58,675 nucleotides of DNA. Origin: Craspedostauros australis. Taxonomy: Eukaryota. Made by a program: the position numbers and the translations under genes. The stretch covers positions 1 through 58,675 of the forward strand of contig JALAGF010001131.1 in NCBI GenBank assembly GCA_030167865.1. The letters run 5' to 3'. This document shows, in pieces, positions 35,381 to 47,966 of the stretch; the first letter of the stretch is position 1, and each line of letters opens with the position of its first letter. The notes beneath the pieces were generated by a model. It did not search any database, was not told the DNA's origin, and saw nothing but the letters and a program-made list of their open reading frames with translations.

Positions 35381-37220
35381 TCTGCCACACTTTTCGAGGT
35401 CGTCTCGAGGTTGTGGATAGACTGCGCTGGGTGGATTTCAGGATCACACCAGTTCTGCTGGTAGTGCTGTTTGCGTGGGTGTCCGTCGTCGTTCTACCAC
35501 TGTTCTGTGTGACACCCTCACAGCCCAACCAGCCGCAGTGCAGCTCAGACCTGCGCTCTTCTCTTTTCGCTTTCTTCACCGGTCTTTTGCCTGGTTCTTA
35601 TCGTTGATGTTGTTGGTTGATGTTGGTTGCCGTTGGTTGATGTTGTTGGTTGATGTTGCGATCGCCTTCGAGTGCTGCGCCGCACATGCGAGGATGCAGG
35701 AAACGATCGTTGCAGATTCCTTGCTTTCTCCGCTCTCTCTCTCAAGTATAATATAATGTAATGGTATTATATACTGTCTTGATGCAACCAGTGTTTGGCT
35801 TCTCGTGTTCGTTCGTTGGTTTGGTTGTTGGGTTGGTTTGGTTGTCTCTGATACTGGTACGACAACGACAACGACTACGACTAGCCGTATCAATGCGGCT
35901 CTCGGAACGGCCGAAGATGCGGAGATGGACACGAACAAAGACCCAAGCAGCGTTCGCCACACTCCGAAGCAAAGCGGTCAACGACCAGGTCCGTCTCCCT
36001 TCCCAGGTAGTTCGACCTCTCTTGCGGCTTCAACTTTGTGATGGCCTCGTCGTCGTCGTTGCTGCCGCTGTTCCTCGCGCGAGTATTCGATGCTCTGTGT
36101 TTCGCTCTCCCTCTCTGTCTCTCTATTTCTTGGTGTGCGGCGTTGGTCATCGGGGATGTCCAAGACGTGAAATCACGCAGTCCAGCAAAACAACAACAAC
36201 AACAACAACAACAGCGAGCACCACCTGCACAACACAAACAAGCGAACAAACACCAAAGGAGACGGAGAAGACCAAGACAACACGCGCTATCTCACTGGTT
36301 GTGATTTTGTGTGTTTGTCTTCGAGAAGTCCAAACAAGACCGTGACACCTTTCCGCGATTAGTCTACTCTCGAACATAGAATGAATTATGAGCACTGTGG
36401 ACCGTTCGAATTATTTGTAGATTTAGGCATTTATTAGATCTGATATTGTCATACTACTGCGTTGGTTCGAAAACCGAACTGCGCAAATAGACGATTTTAA
36501 CGGACTTGAACAGATCACGAACAATCGAAAGTTCATCAAATGAGTTATTCGAAAGACGGCGCACATTTTTCGCTGCAAGACGCCACGAAGTTGATGTTTT
36601 GGAACGAGAACTACTCATTATTACAATAATATATGAAAATGAGAAGGATTGATGTTGCATTGAGCATTTATTGACATAGCGAACTGTCATTTGTTGCTCT
36701 TTTTGTTGTCGTCGCCGTTTGTGGCGTTTTCTGTTGTTTGGATCGATTGGTGACGATAGCGAGATATCTTTGTCACAACCACAGACACCAACCGCCTTCC
36801 TTCCAGTTCTATTTATTGCGTGTCTTGATGTGACAAATGAGACAGAACCTGAAAGACGACAAAGCGAATTGGCACAAATGGTGCTCTGGCAGCGACGCTG
36901 GCCACCAACGTTTCTTGTTCTGTGTGTTGAACGGAAACGCGCAGTAGCGCGCAGTACCACGTTGTCATGGGTGCCGATCCATCCCATTCCCCTCTCTCTC
37001 TGTGACATCTGCGTGTGCCCCAGTCCACAGACACATCCGCTTCAGCGGGATTGCACACTTGTTCCACAAACACACGCGCTGTTCCATTTCATTTCTTTTC
37101 TTGCTCCATCTCTCTCTTCCTCTTCCTCTCTGCTGGTTCATCGATCTCGCAACCGCAGGGATACAAGATCGCGTATCCGCACCATACAACGATAACCACG
37201 ACAATAGCAACAGCGGCACC

Positions 37221-38063
37221 ATGTCTGTTCTTCACAACGAATACACGCTCAACATGGACAACCGCATCCATTGCAATGGAAACAACGACGGCCACATGAT
37301 CATGATGCACGAAGAAATGTCGCGAGAATGGGACGTCGATATCTTCCGCTTCACCGAGAGTCATGGATGGCAGCAACAGGTGCCATTGGCCGGCGATGAT
37401 GATGATGATGGTGATGATGAGTACGTTCATGATGATGGCAACAGAAGAAGACCGCGCCTGAGGGTTGCGCCAAGAAGAAACTGCATCGTCATCCCAGCGC
37501 TGCGCCAGAAGTTCACTCTGAACAACGACAACGTCAATGGCAGTCACAACAACAACAACAATGGCAACAACAATGGCAACGACGATGATGGCAAGAGCAC
37601 CAAGAAAACAACAGACAAAACGACCATGATCCAACGCGGCGACTGCATCTTGCTTGTCTCCAATTCATCGCAGCAGCGGCAAACGCGCGCCATGGTGCTG
37701 CGCTTTCGCTCTCGCCAAGAATGCCATGGCTTCTCGGCGGCTTTCTTGCGATACAATCCACCGAAGCGATCGTTGGCTGCGCCTTCATCGTCGCGTCACA
37801 AGCAAAACGTCATCACGCGACAGCATCGCGCAAACAAGCGGCAGCACAAGGATGCCGTCATGTCCTACGTCACGCGGTTGCTGCATGATCCCAGCTTCCT
37901 CAGCTTCGTTTCCAACTTGGAATCGCACATTGTCAACTCCGACGATGGTTCCAAGATGATGGAGGGATTGATGCCGACTGCTTCCGACAATAACGTTGGG
38001 GCAGCTTCCAATTCCAACTCCAGCCAGCAACAGCAAGATACACGTCGCAACACATCATCCTGA
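37221..38063 (+). CDS. REC114/PHS1-like meiotic double-strand-break protein candidate (~280 aa)
   Basis: ACCATG start at 37221. PH-like strands plus helix (IQRGDCILLV...RAMVLRFRSRQECHGFSAAF) and C-terminal YVTRLLHDPSFLSFVSNLESHI, resembling the REC114 C-terminal signature. Confidence 0.6.
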   Translation: MSVLHNEYTLNMDNRIHCNGNNDGHMIMMHEEMSREWDVDIFRFTESHGWQQQVPLAGDDDDDGDDEYVHDDGNRRRPRLRVAPRRNCIVIPALRQKFTLNNDNVNGSHNNNNNGNNNGNDDDGKSTKKTTDKTTMIQRGDCILLVSNSSQQRQTRAMVLRFRSRQECHGFSAAFLRYNPPKRSLAAPSSSRHKQNVITRQHRANKRQHKDAVMSYVTRLLHDPSFLSFVSNLESHIVNSDDGSKMMEGLMPTASDNNVGAASNSNSSQQQQDTRRNTSS

Positions 38064-38455
38064 GCGGCGCCAGCCATACACAGGATGAAACGATGTCGTC
38101 ACCATTGTACCATGCCGTACCAACATTCTACACTTCTTTCACCATACTATACCATGCACCATGCATCATGCACTTCCCTGTCTCGTTCCAACTCACCACC
38201 AACATCAGGCATTCCCGTGTCAACTGCCGAACCTACGTATACTACTGCACTTTCCACAGAGGCGGGCACTCATATCGTGCAATCGTCCAATCGCACGGCA
38301 GGACCGCACTTTAGCGCCATCGACCTCATACTGTACCAAACTCAGACTCCCTACAACTGTATATCTATGCAACATATAGTATTATATAATGTACATGTAA
38401 TCCATTCATACTACGAGTACACGTCATGCGATGCTCTGCGCTCGTACGTCCTATT

Positions 38456-41400
38456 CTATCCATGCCGCCGCAACCGCCTGGTTGGGGATTGGAATAGATC
38501 GCCCTCGCTGAACAGGTCCGTGTATCCATCCACTCCGACCACATTCGCACGATTCGGAAGACACATGTCCAGCTCCTCCTCCTGGTCCACGCCCATCCAC
38601 TGACACACGGAGTTCCAAACACAATCCCAGCTCGTGGTGGGCAGGATGCGACCGCGTCCGATGTTCAGGGAGCCCTCCGGCGTGATGTTGTCGGGGTACG
38701 TGCCGTACACCTGCCCGCCCTTCACGCTGCCACCGAACATCATGTAGTGCCCACCCCACGCGTGGTCGGTCCCGCCTCCGCTGTTGGGTGTGATGGTGCG
38801 GGCGAATTCCGATGCCACCACCGTCGTCACATCCTCAAAGCGCTCCTGGATCTTCAATTCCTGCGCGAACGTGGCGAGCGCCGCGTTCAGTGCGGAGAAC
38901 TTGATCTGCAAATTCTCCTTCACGAGGCGGTGATGATCCCAACCGCCGAGGCCGACGAAGAACAGGTCACGATCCGTGCCGCGCTGTTCGTGGGTTTGGA
39001 TCATGCGAGACACGATGCTCAGCTTCTGCGTCAGCTCCTCGACGTCCGTATCCGGCCAGTGATCTCCCAGCGAGGCGGATTCCAGCTGCGCCTTGATCTG
39101 CTCGGCCTCATCGACGCCCTTGAGGAAGGCATCGGACCACGCCTCGCCGAAGATGCTGGAGTACTCGCCGCTGAGGCTGTTCATCGACTTGCCTGCAGCA
39201 CTGTGGACGTCGAAGGTCTCGTCGTCGGGTCTGCGGTTGAACGACTGCGCTCCGAACCGACTCACGATGATCGGATCGGGTGCCTGGCCGTCACTCGCGG
39301 ACTCCACGGCTTCCGTCGGATTGTCGATGGTGACGGAGTTGGTCCTGTAGTCCTTGGCGGTCAGCACATCGGAGAGCCTGCCCAGCACTCCGGACCCGGA
39401 AACTTCGCTGAACACATCGATGGTCTTCGCCTCACGCTGCATCGAATTGTGGGCGAAGAGCTGGATGGGAGTGTATCCGAAGTAGTTGGACTTGTCCATC
39501 TTGGCATTGGCGAAGACGCCCGTGTTCGCGAAGAACGCCAGATGACCGTCGTCGTACATCTCCTTGACGATGGGAAGCTCGGGATGCAGTGCGAATTCGG
39601 TGCATGGCTGGCCAGAGGTTGCGGCGTTGACCACCAGGTCACGCTCTGCGTCCGTCAAGCCCACCGCTCCACGCTGATCATGGTACTGCTGGACCAGATC
39701 GCCGGAGCATGTGTGAGGGACCAGCATGTTGAACGAATCGTACCCACCCTCCAACAGCAAGTACACGACGGCCTTGTACTTTTTGCTGGATGACTGGGGT
39801 GGCTCAGGAGAGGGTCTCTGATCGTTTTTGTTTTCGGAGAGCGTGTTCGTGTGGAATTCGGGGCTCGTGATGATGGCCTGCTGCACGTTGATGAGCGCCA
39901 TCTGCGCATCGTCGGATTCGGCCATGGTCGATTCGTAGATCTGCTTCAACATCGCGAGCTTTGCGTCGTTCAGCCGACCGCTTGTCAGCAACATCGACAA
40001 CTCGTTGACGATTGTGGCAGCGTCTCCTGCGGCTTGGGCTGGAAGGAACATATTGTGCCCACGTGCGAATCTCTCGAAATTTCCAATGGCTCTCTGCTCT
40101 TCTCGTCCGGTTTGGGGGCCGAATCCACCGTACACGCCATCAAAGCCGAACTTGAGGAGACTGAGCATCCCGTTCATCAAGGCGATGACCTTTGGGCCAG
40201 TCAAGGCCTGGCACTCGGGACAGGCGAGGTCGGTGGTGCCGAAATCGTCCTTGAGGAGCAACTCCGGCAAGAAGAAGGAGAAGACGCTTGGCAGCTGGTA
40301 TGGCTCCTGCCCGATCAGCGACTGCAAGTCCCGCGAAAATGAAATATCCGGCGTCTGTTCCTTCATCTCGAATTGCAGAGATCTCATGAGCTTCAGATAC
40401 CGCAGGAATGGCTCGAACATGGACCCATGCGTGGGATCTTTGTCCAAGACATACGATCGTGTCTCGCGGTCAAGCAGCATGGCGGCCACAAGAGCTCCCA
40501 TGTCACCGTACTTACTGCTGCCGTACGTTCTGCCGCTGTCAGCGTGAGCGTATTTACCGCTGCGGAATGCAAGCGACATGGTCTCGACGTATCGTGGGGA
40601 TGGATTGGAGATTCCAAACCGCTGCGCCATGCGGTACGAGAGGAACGGTGCCATGTTGGGGTGATAAAAGTAATGGTCCAGCGCGGCATCGATTTCGTTG
40701 TTCACATCTCGTTGTTCTGGATGCGTCAACGAGATCATGTGTGGAGCATTCCGGAATTCCAGGAGCAAAGATGCGTCGCCGTTGTTATTCCCCACTTGTA
40801 CCGTGGAACGGATATTCCTCCTAAGTTGCTTGATGCCATTCTGATCCATAACTTCGAAAATGGAATCCTTGGTGATGGTTTGATCCGTGGCATGCATCTT
40901 CACGCCATTGCCCAGGTTGGTGGTGACCATGCCATTTGCGATTTGAAACTCGAAGGCCCCGATGTGCAGCTTCACGATCTCGTCGATGGTCGGAGAAGCA
41001 CCTTGCGGGATTGCCTGGCTGTCAACCCGCTTCGTCGCGCACAGGCAGAGGTTGTCGCTGCTATCCCGTCCACAACCCAGCGTGTCACACTGCGCTTCAT
41101 AATCAGCGAGGAAGTCCGCGATGGGGGCGTTGGCTCCATCATCCTGCGTGGATCCTGCCCACTCGACACGGAAGAAGCTCTTCGTGTCTTGTCGGATGTT
41201 TTGGTGAATCCCACCCTCGGGGACTTGCACCGGCAACGAATGGACTAATGCAACGCGTCCCTCAACATCGATCTTGGCTTGCACCGAGCATGCGCCTCTC
41301 GTCCACCGTCCGATGGAGGAATCGCAGGAGTTGGACACGGCACAATCGGTCGGAAGTTCGTTGCAGACGGACAGCGAATTTGCCTCGCATGTGGCAACCG

Positions 41401-44400
41401 CATCTGCAAACGAGACGCGCTCACCGCTGAACTCTTGGAACGTTTGGACGGCGCCGTTTGTTTGGCAGCAGCTTGTTGCGCCTTCGACGGCGGTCGGGTC
41501 CTCGCAATAGAACTGATTCGCATGCGTCCTCATGACCTTGCCGTCGTCATAGAAGCTCAACCGTGAGCATGGCGGCTGCACGTACTCGTAGAACACGCCC
41601 GTGCTACCGATCTCCAGCACTCGAGGAGCCTTCACGGAGCACAGGCCAGTATCGCCCGTGTTCGTGCCGCATGCGATATCCTCGGTCAGCGCAACGACGC
41701 CCTTGAAGCTGCACGACCCGCCGTTTGCGTTGCATAACTTGTCGTACAAGGGTGAACCGGCACCGACATTCAATCGAGTGACGGCATCCCGAGCAGATTC
41801 AGTCATTGACCATGCCATTGGTTCGTTGAGCATCTGTGGGTACGGATGTTTGCCAAGCAATCTGTATGTCGCCCCCGCCTTGAGGAAGTGCTGCGTGGTA
41901 TCGAGAGCGCTGCACAGTGGCAGGCCATCACCGACGTACCACCGATTCAGCCCCAGCTTCGGCATGAGATCGTGGGTGGCGATATCAAGCTTCATGGGAT
42001 CGATGGGATTCATGTTGCTTTGTGGCATCTTGTCTTCCACATTGCCACGCCGTTCTCGGGGCACGAAGCCTGTGTAGATCTTGGCGTATTCGCTGATTTC
42101 GTCATTGGTGTAGGTGCGGACGAATGCGTCAGAGTCCTCGGCGAGCACCCTGGTTCCGTTGGTGTGCATCTGGTGCAGACCGATGCTGAATAGCTGCATG
42201 ACCTCGCGAGCGAAGTTCTCATCGGCATACTCCAGCCGCTTCTCCTGTTGCCAGATGTAAGCAGTGCTCTTGCTGTTGACGTAGGAAAGCATCTCCCCCA
42301 TGAGCGGAGAGAAGGCCACCTCTTTGAGCACGTCACGGTAGTTGCCAAAGGCATGTCGCAGAAAAATGTCCGTGTAGGCCAGGAACGTCTCGGTCATGCG
42401 ACGGCCCGTTGCAGCGACGGCATCGGGCGATATGACGAGAAGTTGGGCGAGCGCCCATGCCACGCGCTGGCGAAGCTGGTCGGGCGAATACAGAGCCTGG
42501 TTCATCCAAATGTTGATGATCTGGTCTTCGAGGTTGGCATTGGAAGCCGTTTGGCCACGGAAAGTGACCGCGTCGAATGAGCCGCGGCCACCTGCGCTGC
42601 CACCCAACGTCCAATCCGAGGCAACCTCATTGGGGCTGCCGCACATGACGCCCCGTCGCAAAGCGAGCGCCGATGACGGGTCAATGTCGTCAACGATCTC
42701 GGTTCCCAGAGATTCCGCCATCGATCGTGATAGCTGCATCGCCACAGTATCGCCTCGCTTGCCTATGTTCCTGCGGCCACCGTTGTTCTCCCAGCGGTCC
42801 ATGCCGTGATTGGAGGGGAAGCTGAGCTGGAACGGAGCATTGTTGCCCATCGAGAATTGGAGAATTTGTGGTCTGCCCCCGGGATGTTCGTTGACCCAGG
42901 CCGAGAAGTCGAAGACCTGCCCTTCGTTGGGATGCACGTTCTGGTAGCAATCGCCATTGACCTGCACTTGGAAGTTGTACGATTGTACATCGCTGCTGTC
43001 GCAGATGGTGCCGATGGCTTGTGTGAAGACGTCGAATACATCTGTCGTTGCGTCATTCGAAGTCGCACCACGGATCAGAGTACGGAACGTGCCAATGGTC
43101 GTGGTGCCTGGCGAACCTTGATTGCAGCTGTTGCTGTTATCGAGACGTTGCCAACGAGACACTGTGCTGGGCGAACATGGCGGAGGCACTGTGTTCGGCC
43201 CGGAGTATTCCCCCTGCCGCAATCCCGTCACCGAATATATGATGGTTGCTCCTCGGGTGAAGTCGTACACGCCCTTCATGATGTCACGAGTTAATGGCAC
43301 AATGGTAGTGACAATACTGTCGCCGCCGCCGCCCCTGCCGCCACCGGATTGGAGGCTGGAAATATCATCGGCAGGCGTGCAGGAATCGTCAACGTCGTCC
43401 ACCAGCATGCAGTCTCTTTCATTGACGAAATTCATGGGGACGTTGGAGCACACCATCTGCCGACTAGCCAACCCCAACGTCGATTGCGGAACGTTCTTTT
43501 CCAACTCGTCGGAAATGATCTGAAGCACATCGGTGCCGCTGTCGGGGTTCGATAGGGTGTTCTCATGGACATTCCAGCGTGGATCATGGATGTAGAATTC
43601 ATTTCGGAACGACGCGACAACGTCGAACGTCTTGTGTGCGTTGGTGAGCGACGGGATGGCGCCGTTGGTGCACTGGGCATTCGTAAGCGCTTGTGTGACG
43701 ACGATCTCCTGTGGTCCGTCCTGGTTGTTGTAGAACTGTTCGTCTATAGGTCGTGCGTTGGCATTGTTGAGTCGGAGCAGAGGACGGATATCGTTCGGGT
43801 CGTTTGCATCGTAAGTGACGGCCGGATTGTCAATGTCCTCGCCTTCCGTCGTGACGATTGGTGAGCAACGGCCCGGCCCGGATGAGATTGTGAATCGTCC
43901 ACCGATGCGGTTGTCTCGCGCGAAGCAGACTTCGTAGCTGGGGGTTGAGAATGGATGGCGTGTGGGTGGATGAATGGATTGGAAGAAGGGATGAACGGAT
44001 GGAAGAATGAGTTTGAATGAATGAATGGATGGATGGATGGATGAATGAATATGAAAGTGACCAAACAAGATCTAAGAAGCGTAGAGCCCAAGAAGATTGC
44101 ACACCGAGCTCGCGCACCGAACTTACATCCCGTCTGGCACGACTTCGCCAATCGTGTTGCGATTGTTGTTGGTGATGCGATTCCCGTAATGGATGGTGGC
44201 GTAGGGCAGTACGACCTTCAATGCGTTGGCATTTGGTGGCTGATCAGCACTCGCGGTGCGATCTGGAAAGCCGATGGTGTAAATGTACTTCTTCGAATCC
44301 CGTGTGACAATCTGCAAAAATCTGGTGCGATCCTTATCTGTGAAAGCGTACTTGCGGTACCGGGTGCCCACCTGACATGGGTGCGTCGGGATGGACTCGA

Positions 44401-45280
44401 GCGTGCTGAGGGTCTTGCGGTGGTTGAGTCTGGCACGGTAGTAGGCGCGGTGGTATCCAGGCTTGACGGCTGCAGGGTTGTACATCTGATCGTGGATCCA
44501 ATTCGGAATGTTGGAAACCGATTTGAGATCCTGGTTCAGCTCAGTTGTTGTCGTGCCGAACGTCGCCTGTTCCATGAAGCGGGCCATTTGGCTGGTCTCC
44601 TCCAAAGAATCGTAGGTGGTGGATACGAGTTCGTACTTGACTGTCGTGATTGTGGTTGCTGCGGCCGCAGCGGCAGACGAAGACGCAATTGTGTCATGCC
44701 TCAGCATGATGGAGCACTTGGCAGAGTCAGAGTTAATCGCGCTGACAGTGTTCCCGCTGTGGCTGCAGCGGAAGCTGGATCCCTCAGCGATGCGATTCGA
44801 ATACGTCTCCCAATCATGGCCGTTGTAACTGCGGCCAACCGCAACGCGGTCCGTCTTGGGGCTGGCGCCTGCATCGCTGGCTGCAGTGGACGAATCTGCG
44901 GTGGTCGTGATGCGCCACAGCATGCACAGGGTATCATCCGCAGCAACGATTGGAATGGTGAACTCGACAGAAGCTTCTGTGGTGTTGGAGTACACTTCCT
45001 CCGCAGCAAAGGAAGACGAGGAGTCGTTGCCGCTGCTGGACTGGGATGGATCGGGACACGAAATGCTCTTGAGCACAATGATCGGCGGAGGCCCGCTGTC
45101 ATCGCTGTCGACGCTGCTTCCATCGTTGCTGTTTCCGACATCAGAGTTGTCTCTACCGCCGGCCGAAGACTTGCTGGAGCTGGACTTGTTGTTGAGAGTG
45201 AGAATGACGACCGTCGGGATGGCGATCACCAAGAGCAAAATGGCGACGCCCGTGGCGATGAGCATATGAAGGCGCTTCAT
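38456..45280 (-). CDS. DUF1800 + DUF1501 fusion protein with N-terminal membrane anchor; exons 45280-44127 and 43937-38456 (~2211 aa)
   Basis: DUF1800 motifs ARFMEQATFG, DQLRQRVAWAL, DENFAREVMQLFSIGL, HPNMAPF..SNPSPRYV and PSVFSFF. DUF1501 motifs VYLLLEGGYDSFNMLVP, LFAHN, GGWDHH and SEFARTITPNSGGGTDHAWGG. Intron AT|GTAAGT...CCCAG|C keeps the frame. Confidence 0.9.
43952..44052. repeat. (GGAT/GAAT)n microsatellite filling the DUF1800-DUF1501 intron
   Basis: gaatgaatgaatggatggatggatggatgaatgaat read directly. Confidence 0.85.
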
Positions 45281-46502
45281 CGTGAGTAGCGTACTCTGAT
45301 CCGCTGTCCGGCGCAAGTCTGCTCGATCTGCTTGTTGCGTTTGTGGTAGTTCTGTTCGTCTAGTGCGTGTGTGTGTGGGTGTGTGGGCGTGCTGTTGAGT
45401 GGAGGGTGGGGGAAGGAAGGGATCTCGCCATTTTTGTGAGGTGAGTTGCTGTTGGTCGCGTTGCTGTGCCAAAGAGTGATGGCGGGAGCGAAGATGGTGA
45501 TGGTGCCCTTCGTGCGGGAGAAGGAGTCATTGTGTGCGGCTTTTCTGTCGTCACGATTCGTGGATAAAGCAGTTTGATTACGTACATCCACGTACTTGCG
45601 GTACTGATTCACCGGTCAGTTTGCAACGATTGCTTGAAGGATCCGCCTCCCACCAAGAGAAGAGAAGAGAAGACGGCGACTGCCTGCCTTCTTCCCCCGA
45701 ACAAACAAGAACAAAGGGGATTGTATCTTCTAACCCGCAAGCGTAGTGTAACACCAGGTGGCAATATGTTATATTTCATTCTGTTATTAGATATTATGTG
45801 ACAATGTGGTCGGTCCGAGGAGATCGATGGACTCTGTCTTGGTTTGTGGACAGCAGCGTTGAATGGATGGGCTGTTCTGCACATGCTCTGCGAACATCCT
45901 CCCTGCGATGATGCTCGAGAGATAGTTGCAGCAGTTGGTCAAGAGGCGCACTCCGAGGCATTGATGGGCCAAGAAAGATGATGAATGCAGCCAATAGTTT
46001 GATCCTTCTTGCCTTATGTGCAAGACATTGTCGAACAATGCTATGCTCTCTGTGGAGAGCGAGAGAGAGAGATGAGGCCTATAGCAATGTACGCTTCATA
46101 TGGTACCTATCAAGTACTATGAAGGTCTCTGACGTCTTTGGATACGACGAACGAGGAAACAAGATTCAACCAAGATTTTCACACGTGTCAATAGATCTTC
46201 TTTGACGTTCTATTCCCCAAACTACCACAGAACAAAAAACGTGGACACCCCCATCCTCTCCCGCCACCACAGCGAGAGATGACTCTCCCACAACACCGAG
46301 ATCACAACATGAGGCCTCTCTGTCGTGGGGAATGATCAGTCGTACTTCTATCCGCACTGGCAGATCGCACGAGTGGATGCCGTGTGGCAATTCCCAACTC
46401 TCATAAATCCGAGGACGCTGGTCTGCTCGGACTCGTTCATCAACATCGACAACTGCATTTTAACCAGTTGGAATCATCACCCCTGCTCCGACAACCAACA
46501 CC

Positions 46503-47966
46503 ATGACACGCTCTACCTTCATCCAGTTCGCCTCCACCATTGGGCTCTACTGGCTCATCGTTGCGCAGCACTTCACAACCGCACACGCTCGCATTGGTCA
46601 CGACAACAAAGGAGATGACAACTCTCCCAATACCCCTTCGTCGTCTTCCCGTCCGTCATCGCCATCCTCCACCCATGCGTCTGCTTTCGCCAAAGGACCA
46701 TCCCCGATCGTGCTAATCCCAGGCGACGGTGGCTCCGCGTTGGAGGCCAAGTACGACATCAAGACACCGCGACCGCATTGGTGGTGCCGCAAGTCTTCGA
46801 AAGGGAAGTGGGAGCGTCTTTGGATTCCCAAACTGACCGACCTTGCGCCTCTGAACATTGCCTGCTGGACGCAGAAGGTCCAGTTACACTACGACCTCAA
46901 CGCCACCACGATCGTTCCCAAGAACGCTCCAGGCGTCGAAGTCCGCACAGTGCCGGGCAAGGAGGGGCTGAACTTGGTCCCCCATGATAAGAGTGCGAAT
47001 GTGTACGATGCGCTGGTTCAGTCCTTTGAACGCGACACGGACGCGGATGGCCCTGGCGACGGGGTATACGTCGCCACGTACGACTTTCGTTTGGCACCGA
47101 CTGGCAACGACCGTGATGATGCCATCTTCCAGAACATCCAGAACACCGTCGAACAGGCATTTGAGGAGAATGAAGGGACCCCGGTCGTGCTCGTCACGCA
47201 TTCCATGGGCGCCCTGTGGACTCACTACTTCCTCACACATATGCCATGCGAATGGAAGAAGAAGTACGTGCATGCATGGGTGCCGATCTCGCCTGCATAT
47301 GGTGGCGTCGTGATAGATTTAAAGCAATTGATCAGCGGGGACAGCGCCGACGTGCCGTTGGTGAAACCCTCCACGTTGCGTACCGAGCAACGATCCTACG
47401 GAAGCAGTCTGTGGCTGATTCCACCGAAGCAGCTGTACAGCGATGATTACATCCTCGTGAAGTACGAAAAGGAGGGCATGCAGTTCTCCTCGAGGAATTT
47501 GACGGATCTCATGAAGATGGTCGATTTCAACGATTACGAGGTGCGATACGGCGCCATCTCTCCGTTGACACCTTGGGAAACGACGACAGTCAGCGCCGGT
47601 GATACCGCCGGATACTCCCACCACCACGAGCAGCTCGCAGACCCCAAGGTGGTCGTCTATCCGATCTATGGCACCAACGTGAAAACGCCGTACCAGCTGC
47701 AATACAAGTTATCGTTGAGCGAAGAACCGACGGTGATCAATTCTGTGGAAGGTGATGGAACCGTGCTGTACAAGAGCCTGAAGGCTGGGGATGGATGGAA
47801 GCTATCGCAGCCACCTAAGATCGGTGATCAGTTGAGTCACTCTGCGATCCTGTCGGATCCGGAGATCCTGGAGTACATTCGCAACATCACCCTGACGTCC
47901 GTGATGCAGACTGGTGATGTTGCAGAGGAGCAAGGAACGGTGACGGCGACGGTGACAACAGAGTGA
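46503..47966 (+). CDS. LCAT / group XV phospholipase A2-like alpha/beta hydrolase, secreted or luminal (487 aa)
   Basis: IVLIPGDGGSALEA, WWC/CW lid cysteines, YDFRLAP, nucleophile elbow THSMG, GDGTV and SHSAIL (catalytic His). N-terminal signal peptide. Confidence 0.92.
   Translation: MTRSTFIQFASTIGLYWLIVAQHFTTAHARIGHDNKGDDNSPNTPSSSSRPSSPSSTHASAFAKGPSPIVLIPGDGGSALEAKYDIKTPRPHWWCRKSSKGKWERLWIPKLTDLAPLNIACWTQKVQLHYDLNATTIVPKNAPGVEVRTVPGKEGLNLVPHDKSANVYDALVQSFERDTDADGPGDGVYVATYDFRLAPTGNDRDDAIFQNIQNTVEQAFEENEGTPVVLVTHSMGALWTHYFLTHMPCEWKKKYVHAWVPISPAYGGVVIDLKQLISGDSADVPLVKPSTLRTEQRSYGSSLWLIPPKQLYSDDYILVKYEKEGMQFSSRNLTDLMKMVDFNDYEVRYGAISPLTPWETTTVSAGDTAGYSHHHEQLADPKVVVYPIYGTNVKTPYQLQYKLSLSEEPTVINSVEGDGTVLYKSLKAGDGWKLSQPPKIGDQLSHSAILSDPEILEYIRNITLTSVMQTGDVAEEQGTVTATVTTE

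Noticed and set aside
35601-35660. GTTGATGTTGTTG imperfect repeats as a CRISPR-like array
   Set aside because: Simple-sequence repeat in a 5' leader; no unique spacers and no cas genes.
38747-45289. Several 290-414-aa plus-strand ORFs
   Set aside because: Antisense shadows of the DUF1800-DUF1501 gene.
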